Below are positions 58,243-64,000 of a stretch of DNA of 64,000 nt, in pieces. Made by a program: the position numbers and the translations under genes. Source of the stretch: a virus; the IMG/VR virus record IMGVR_UViG_3300030419_004857, positions 32,001-96,000 of that record. One strand, given 5' to 3'. The notes under the pieces were generated by a model. The model did not search any database. It was not told the origin of the DNA and saw nothing but the letters and a program-made list of their open reading frames with translations. The stretch's first letter is position 1, and every line of letters starts with the position of its first letter.

Positions 58243-59247
58243 TTACTGTGCCGCCCTTCCACCACCAGCCCCGTATGATCCTATTTTGTCAACATTGCCA
58301 TATTCAAGAACCACTTTGTTTACCCCCTTTTTTCTCACTTCGTCTCTAATATGTTGACACATGCTTTTTTTAGCACCGGATTTGTACGGGGCGCTGAATT
58401 TGCATAATTTTTGACATTTCCAGTGGGTGTTTTCATTTGAAAGGAGTTTAGGATGACTCACATCACGGATATATTTGAACTTTCGTTTTAATATATTCTC
58501 TGCTTTTTTGTAATCAGTGTCATCAAAACACATCGAAAACAATCCGCCATCATTTATGTAAAATATACTTACTGAAAAATCGTAGTCTGGGTACAGATTT
58601 TTTAGGGCGTAGTAGTATAAAAGAAGCTGGGTGTCTTTTTGTAGACTCTCAAGGGTTTTCTCCTCCCCCGTGGCCCAGTTCAGCCTTCTGCCAGTTTTGT
58701 AGTCGATCAACTCGTAGTAATTCTCTTCGTGTTTCACGATTAAGTCAACAGTCCCTTTGATCGCCAAGTTTCCTTTTATGATTTTTCCGCCGATATCGTA
58801 AGAAAATTTGGCCCAAGGCTTATCAATTTCTATATCAAAAAACTTCTCGGTTGCAAACACGTTTTGATTTCTAGGATCTAGGAGTCCATTATTATAACTA
58901 ATGGCCTTTTCCACCCAGCCTGTACATTTCTTAAGTTCAGCCTTACTCAGATCCACATCTGGTTCTAAGTCGGTGTAATAATCAAACGCTTTTTCCGTAA
59001 CTTTTGGAATATTGTCACATTCCTTGAGCGAAAATCTTCCTAACTCGCCATCCCCAAAGCTCTTATTTCCTCTCTGCATGCAAAGCTTTTTATCAGCCAA
59101 TACCTGCAAAGCTTTATGGACGATGGTTCCCATAAGAGCTTTTTTATTTGTTTTATCCTTAAAAGCCAAATTATACTGTAGGAAGTATTTCTGCTCACAG
59201 AAATCCAAAGTACCCAAGCTACTACTTCTGTGATAACAAACTATCAT
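58243..59247 (-). CDS. Cas4/AddB-like PD-(D/E)xK exonuclease with Fe-S cysteines
   Basis: SSL....C; GTIVH; GTVDLI...IDYKTG; QL..Y; C..LC......C. Confidence 0.85.
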   Translation of the reverse strand: MIVCYHRSSSLGTLDFCEQKYFLQYNLAFKDKTNKKALMGTIVHKALQVLADKKLCMQRGNKSFGDGELGRFSLKECDNIPKVTEKAFDYYTDLEPDVDLSKAELKKCTGWVEKAISYNNGLLDPRNQNVFATEKFFDIEIDKPWAKFSYDIGGKIIKGNLAIKGTVDLIVKHEENYYELIDYKTGRRLNWATGEEKTLESLQKDTQLLLYYYALKNLYPDYDFSVSIFYINDGGLFSMCFDDTDYKKAENILKRKFKYIRDVSHPKLLSNENTHWKCQKLCKFSAPYKSGAKKSMCQHIRDEVRKKGVNKVVLEYGNVDKIGSYGAGGGRAAQ

Positions 59248-59734
59248 TTAATTCATTTAACTCACTTATTTTAAGGTTGAAACAGTCCGCTTTTACTACA
59301 AAATTATTTGATGGATCTACGTCCCCTTTATTAAGAAAGGTTGCTTTGGAGAAATATTCATCTCTACCCATGACTCCTAAGATCCAAGCAGTTTTCCATT
59401 CATTGGGTTTACTTTTGTGCCATTCTATACGCACAAAAATGTAAGCATCGCATCTTTGGTGGTCGCTAGTTTTGGCTATTGAACACTCATAGAACGGCTT
59501 TGGTGGAGATGTGCAGCGTTTTGTTTTCACGTCGATCTTAAGGTCGCCCTTTATTATATCATAGTCGTATTTATCTACAATTTGCCCATTAATTAAATTG
59601 TTAACAACTTCTTCCCCCAGAAACCCCGCGATGTTTCCACGACCTCTAGTGATAGAATTATTAATTACACCCATAGATTTTGAGCGTTCTTTAGCCTTCT
59701 TAAGCATCTCCTTGGTAATTTCAACTTCAAACAT
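59222..59734 (-). CDS. hypothetical protein, PD-(D/E)xK-like
   Basis: G.LGE...YD......IDVKT motif. Confidence 0.6.
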   Translation of the reverse strand: MFEVEITKEMLKKAKERSKSMGVINNSITRGRGNIAGFLGEEVVNNLINGQIVDKYDYDIIKGDLKIDVKTKRCTSPPKPFYECSIAKTSDHQRCDAYIFVRIEWHKSKPNEWKTAWILGVMGRDEYFSKATFLNKGDVDPSNNFVVKADCFNLKISELNELNDSLLSQK

Positions 59735-60095
59735 TTAATTCTCTCCCGTATTCATCTTCCAATCTTACAATATCTTCTTCGGAACATTTTCCAAACTGCA
59801 TCTCGTAAGCAACAATGTCATCGTTTCCATTATTTATCAGTTGATGAGATTCATTCGTCTTTATATGAAAATATGATCCGGGTCCAACCTTCCATACAGA
59901 GGCATTAAGTCTCATTGCACCCCTCCCAGACACCACATACCAAAATTCCTCTCGTTTGTGGTGAAGCTGGTATGATATTGACTGTCCGGGTTGCACAACA
60001 ATTTTTTTAAAAACAACTTGGTCGTTTCTAAAATAATCCTTATAATATCCCCAAGGCTTACCTACTTGGTCACTTTTGCTTTCAGCCATCCCCAC
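59727..60095 (-). CDS. mannose-6-phosphate isomerase type II C-terminal cupin
   Basis: KPWG.Y, K.IVV.PGQSISYQLH.KREE.W.VV.G, H.L.N, EMQ.G...EEDIVRLED.YGR. Confidence 0.9.
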   Translation of the reverse strand: MGMAESKSDQVGKPWGYYKDYFRNDQVVFKKIVVQPGQSISYQLHHKREEFWYVVSGRGAMRLNASVWKVGPGSYFHIKTNESHQLINNGNDDIVAYEMQFGKCSEEDIVRLEDEYGRELNV

Positions 60096-60826
60096 TCCTT
60101 TAGCGTGTTTAACAAGAGTTTATTAGATTCATCTATACTCATTGAAGAATTATCTATCACACAGTCGAAACCATCATATTCGTTAAGAGCAATTTCGCTA
60201 GCATGTTCATCTTCAAAGGGGTTTCTAGTTAGTCTGATGACTTTTCCACCCGCCTTTTGTAAAGCTTCTACTTCGTTTGGAAATCTACAATCAGCAACAA
60301 TCGCTAACTCTGTACCACTTTTATGAATTCTATCAATACAAGCCGCCGTCCAAATATCTGGTTTAATGGTCCTACAAATATCTGTTCCAAATACTTGCAT
60401 AAATTCTCTGGCTGTTAAATAACCTTCCTTATTCTTAACGCCCGGAATATGCTCCCACTTTATGTTAACAGGGGTGTTTTTGTCATCGTCGGACCCGTGA
60501 CACTGTTCGTAATTTAGGCCAAAAAGACCGATGCATAGCGCTTTTAGTGGGTCTGCAAAACTAAAGGCTTTCACGAATGGCCAGATATTTTGACTAGCAT
60601 ACATGCTAAACTCGTAATCGGTTCTGAACACGTCAATAATTCCAACACCCTCCACCTCCTCCCCTTTCTCGTCCAAGGATGTGGTGTTTACAAGAATTTC
60701 CCCCCGGTCATTCATAAAAAATTTATCAATTATATCATGAAATTTCATTTGATATCCATGAAGAAAATTGGCGCATGTGGTTTTTCCACTTTGCTTAGAT
60801 CCTGATATTCCCAAAATGTGCTGCAT
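60062..60826 (-). CDS. deoxynucleoside monophosphate kinase
   Basis: GISGSKQSGKTT P-loop, SFADPLK, REFMQVFGTD, DCRFPNE, H.SE. Confidence 0.88.
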   Translation of the reverse strand: MQHILGISGSKQSGKTTCANFLHGYQMKFHDIIDKFFMNDRGEILVNTTSLDEKGEEVEGVGIIDVFRTDYEFSMYASQNIWPFVKAFSFADPLKALCIGLFGLNYEQCHGSDDDKNTPVNIKWEHIPGVKNKEGYLTAREFMQVFGTDICRTIKPDIWTAACIDRIHKSGTELAIVADCRFPNEVEALQKAGGKVIRLTRNPFEDEHASEIALNEYDGFDCVIDNSSMSIDESNKLLLNTLKEWGWLKAKVTK

Positions 60827-61875
60827 TATACTAATCCTTCTAATTGAGGTACAAGTTCTGAGTGAATTTGTTGTATTGTCATCTCTCCGACATCTTTGGT
60901 AGATATTTCCGGGTAAACTATGTGAAACAGCCTCTCACACTTTTTAGTAATAGATTCTTTGGCTTTCTGACCAGCGGAATCGTTATCGCTTAAAATCACT
61001 ACGTTTAAGGCTCCAGAGGTTTCCAAAATTCTTGCCTGTGCATCGCTTAAGCTGGAACCAAACATCCCTACGCTGTTAGTGAGTCCCGCCTCGTGCAGCC
61101 TCCAGACATCTCCCTGTCCTTCGACTAGGATCACACTTCGAGTTTCTCTGATTTTATCTTTAGCCAACCAATACCCATAGAGCCACATGCCGGAATTAAA
61201 ACTTTTGGAATTGATCCATTTTCTTCCATTACAATTTTCCTCCTGTGACCTACCAACACACCCCACCATAAATTGATAGTCATCATCATATACAGGAGCA
61301 ACAACGCGATGTTTCATCTGCTTGGTGGTATCTGTACACACACCCACATCAAATTTTTCCAAAGTTTCTGTTTTGTACCCTCTATTAACATAATAGATGG
61401 CGGGTCTCTGTAGCATCTCTTTAACTTTTTGTCTTGGGATTCCACTAGTAGGACGGGGTTTTTCCTCATAAACATCCCTATAGATTTTTTCAAAATGATC
61501 TTTTGATAGTTTGCTTCCTTCTGTTTTAAGCTCCTGAGACGACGTATTAACAAATTCAATAGCAAATTCTACAGCGTCTTGAAAAGAAACGTCGTCTTCT
61601 TTTTGGGCGCTCAGAATACCTCTGATTAGCCCAATCGGACTGTGAACATATTTTTTTTCACACGAATGAGTCCAGCATCTCCAGCATCCAAAAAAAGAAC
61701 CTCTTTTAGTAGTTATAGTAAACGCTTCTGGATTATCAGCCCCCTCATGTATAGGACAAGATGTAGTTAGACGATCATAGCTTTCTACATACCTTATTCC
61801 AAAATAATCCAAAAGATCTTTCATTTTACAAGCGAGCTTTTCTGATAAAATTGTCAATTCTTTTTGTGTAATCAA
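60826..61875 (-). CDS. dnaG: DNA primase (Zn-finger + TOPRIM)
   Basis: CPIH...CWTHSC; VG.VGR; KWINS; LVEGQGD; SDND.AG. Confidence 0.9.
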   Translation of the reverse strand: MITQKELTILSEKLACKMKDLLDYFGIRYVESYDRLTTSCPIHEGADNPEAFTITTKRGSFFGCWRCWTHSCEKKYVHSPIGLIRGILSAQKEDDVSFQDAVEFAIEFVNTSSQELKTEGSKLSKDHFEKIYRDVYEEKPRPTSGIPRQKVKEMLQRPAIYYVNRGYKTETLEKFDVGVCTDTTKQMKHRVVAPVYDDDYQFMVGCVGRSQEENCNGRKWINSKSFNSGMWLYGYWLAKDKIRETRSVILVEGQGDVWRLHEAGLTNSVGMFGSSLSDAQARILETSGALNVVILSDNDSAGQKAKESITKKCERLFHIVYPEISTKDVGEMTIQQIHSELVPQLEGLV

Positions 61876-63329
61876 AATGGACTCTCCTCAACACTGCCGC
61901 TGTCTGTTAAAAATCCTTCTTTGTGCTGATTAACACCAGCAGCAACCTCTCTTCTTGTCTCTTTTTCTATGATCTCAGCAGTTGAACCATGCATAGCAAT
62001 ATTGATATAGTCGTATTCTTCGAGACCGGGTCCATGTCTAGATTCAATTGGAATTAATTTTCTGTTTCCACTTTCCCCTTGGTCTTCAGCTATTTCTTCA
62101 TCCGACTTCCGCTTGAAAATTGAAAAACTACTGCACAGCCAAATCAATCTGTCGGACCCACTAACTACATCCGTAGATTCTTTGGTAATGCCGTCTCTGT
62201 TAAGCTGCACAAAAGAAAGGCATGGGCAATCATACTTAACGCAAAAGTTGTGAAGCTCTGTAATTTGAAATCCCAGAACCTGAAACTCCTGCATATTGTT
62301 ATTAATTTTGTCAGAAGTCATCAACTTTAAATAATCATATATAATCATGCAGTCATTTACACGACCATTTTCATCATACCCAACATTTTTTATAATCCAC
62401 CTTCTCATTATGGATAAGGTTTCTTCAAACGGCTTTCCCGCAATAGCTATGTAGCTCAGTGGGGCGTCTTTTAGTTTCTCTACTGCCTGACGAACCCTTT
62501 CTCTGGTTCCAGAGTTTTTAGCAAATGTACCTGCGGCTATATCATTAATATTAACGCCGCTATTTTTTGCTATCAATCTGTTCATATGATCTTCCTTGGA
62601 CATTTCTGTATCAAGATACAATACAGGAATACCAAGCGTTCCGGCAATGTGCAATCCAACATTTCCAGCCAACATGCTCTTACCAACCTTTGGTCTAGCT
62701 GCGATAAGATCTACACACTTTCTTCTGAAGCCACCACCAATCGCTGCGTCATATTTAGCAAAACCACTACTTAGACCCAAAATGTCTGATGGGTTTTCCT
62801 CCAAATGACGAATGTAATCTTCTACCTCGTCACCTAAGACTAGAGGCTTTTCTTCTACAGAACCATTTAAAGATGACGAAAGTTCGAATATAGGGGCTTC
62901 AGCAACGTTGATGATTTCATCAACAGTTTCGTCTCCGGTTACATCTGATATATCGGTTATGATCTGTTTGGCTTGAACGCTTATCTGTCTAGCGATTTCT
63001 AATTTCTTCAGCTTTACAGCGTGATGTCTGACATTCTCTAAGCCAATGTCAACACTAGACATGGCCTTAATGTGACTGCCTGAAATTTGATTTTCAAACC
63101 ACGAATCAAGTCCAAGGTCGTTAGCAGCACTCAGTATAGAGGGTAAATCAACGGTATCGCTATTATCTAGAACCTTTTTCACACACGCATATAAGATCTG
63201 GTTTTCTTCTAAGGTAAACGTATCAACAGTTATTATGTCGTCAATGTCAATGAAAGCATCTGAGCCGTGCTGTAGAATACCGGATAGTACGGCTCGTTCC
63301 GATGCCGAGTTGTTTATCGTTTTTGCCAT
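61872..63329 (-). CDS. dnaB: replicative DNA helicase
   Basis: SERAVL, AARPKVGKS Walker A, DTEM, IIYDYL, QLNR, SRHG. Confidence 0.93.
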   Translation of the reverse strand: MAKTINNSASERAVLSGILQHGSDAFIDIDDIITVDTFTLEENQILYACVKKVLDNSDTVDLPSILSAANDLGLDSWFENQISGSHIKAMSSVDIGLENVRHHAVKLKKLEIARQISVQAKQIITDISDVTGDETVDEIINVAEAPIFELSSSLNGSVEEKPLVLGDEVEDYIRHLEENPSDILGLSSGFAKYDAAIGGGFRRKCVDLIAARPKVGKSMLAGNVGLHIAGTLGIPVLYLDTEMSKEDHMNRLIAKNSGVNINDIAAGTFAKNSGTRERVRQAVEKLKDAPLSYIAIAGKPFEETLSIMRRWIIKNVGYDENGRVNDCMIIYDYLKLMTSDKINNNMQEFQVLGFQITELHNFCVKYDCPCLSFVQLNRDGITKESTDVVSGSDRLIWLCSSFSIFKRKSDEEIAEDQGESGNRKLIPIESRHGPGLEEYDYINIAMHGSTAEIIEKETRREVAAGVNQHKEGFLTDSGSVEESPF

Positions 63330-63778
63330 TACTTTCTCGTTACGCAGTTATCACACCTGTAGAAATCGCCAACAACCAGCGTCTCGTTAACTATAGTTTC
63401 GCTTCCACATAGATGACACTTCACTTCAACCGTTTTTACAGGATTTCTTGTTCGGGGAGTGGGAGTATATTCGGGAGTCTCTATGTCCCTTGCTTCTTCC
63501 CTGTCGTCAACGAACTGATTCTCTTTAACAACGATAGATTCCATTCTTGCCAGTCTTTTTTTACCCTCTTGCGGATTGTCAGTTTTTGATGGCGCTATAA
63601 AAGAATCTCCCGTGTGGGATTCTGAACTGGCTACTTCATCTGCGACAACGGTTTCTTCCTCGACATCTTCCTCACTAGGTGGATCAACAACTTCACCAGT
63701 TAATTGCGCAAAACCTTTAGAAACCATCTCCATATTATTATTTGCAATCCCCTTCTTAATTACATCTAGTGGTGTCAT
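63329..63778 (-). CDS. hypothetical protein with C-terminal Zn ribbon
   Basis: CHLC...CDNC. Confidence 0.6.
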   Translation of the reverse strand: MTPLDVIKKGIANNNMEMVSKGFAQLTGEVVDPPSEEDVEEETVVADEVASSESHTGDSFIAPSKTDNPQEGKKRLARMESIVVKENQFVDDREEARDIETPEYTPTPRTRNPVKTVEVKCHLCGSETIVNETLVVGDFYRCDNCVTRK

Positions 63779-63999
63779 GAATATGTTTTCCTTTTACTTA
63801 ATTCCATTAATGAGTCTGCCATTTTTCTAATGTCTCTAGTTTTATCTGTAAGCCAAAGAACTCTGGCTTCAACGTGCAATTTAATCTCATTTACTTTTCT
63901 AGCGAAATCGTTTCCTGCTATGGCCTGTTGATACTTCTGTTCATATTTGGTATACTTTGTTCCATACTGATCTATTTCTTTAGCGAGAATTCTCCACAG
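63775..63999 (-). CDS. 5'-truncated helical protein (possibly a UvsY-like recombination mediator)
   Basis: Translated by hand: LWRILAKEIDQYGTKYTKYEQK...LMELSKRKTYS*; ATGA overlap with the next gene. Confidence 0.5.
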   Translation of the reverse strand: MWRILAKEIDQYGTKYTKYEQKYQQAIAGNDFARKVNEIKLHVEARVLWLTDKTRDIRKMADSLMELSKRKTYS

Positions 64000-64000
64000 G

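Noticed and set aside
58243-59247. CRISPR-Cas system suggested by the Cas4-like gene
   Set aside because: No repeat-spacer array or other cas genes; solo Cas4-like nucleases are common in phage replication modules.
1721-63830. Many short antisense or alternate-frame ORFs in the supplied track (e.g. 11717-12166, 13043-13504, 27539-28012, 37444-37677)
   Set aside because: They are shadows of long genes or span a terminator, with no RBS or recognisable motifs.
1-64000. Stop-codon reassignment
   Set aside because: Genes are full-length and tightly packed under the standard code, and TAA, TAG and TGA all end genes.
1-64000. Host assignment (Cys-rich and SG-rich proteins are reminiscent of phages of Planctomycetota/PVC bacteria)
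   Set aside because: This is an impression only; it needs phylogeny of DnaE, DnaB and sigma or CRISPR spacer matches.

Overview
A 64 kb slice of a large tailed dsDNA bacteriophage genome, densely coded in the standard genetic code. No tRNA, rRNA, CRISPR array, integrase, capsid, portal or terminase is visible. It has two convergent arms that meet at a bidirectional terminator near 37.48 kb. The + arm (1-37.4 kb) is a virion module: neck proteins, a fibre with a peptidase S74 chaperone, a tail tube, chaperone-like genes, a 2908-aa tape measure protein, tail-tip proteins and a 2195-aa very cysteine-rich protein. Three intergenic copies of GGTGTATAAT are a candidate late promoter. The - arm (37.5-64 kb) carries replication and recombination genes (DnaB, DnaG, dNMP kinase, Cas4-like nuclease, SSB, a sigma factor, and a DnaE split into two intein-less genes around a DEDDh exonuclease) plus about 15 sugar-nucleotide, glycosyltransferase and methyltransferase genes. 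Main leads: (1) a possible phage-encoded virion glycosylation system, suggested by the large glycosyltransferase cluster, a sulfotransferase-like gene and Ser-Gly-rich virion proteins; (2) a tape measure protein in which four copies of a GxDTVPAMLTPGEFV motif bracket two cargo regions, one with a PD-(D/E)xK nuclease-like signature; (3) a giant Cys-rich protein with nested domains next to a small CGC-motif protein; (4) the intein-less split DnaE; (5) a Fcl homologue with substituted catalytic residues. All functional calls come from reading motifs by eye; no database searches were run.
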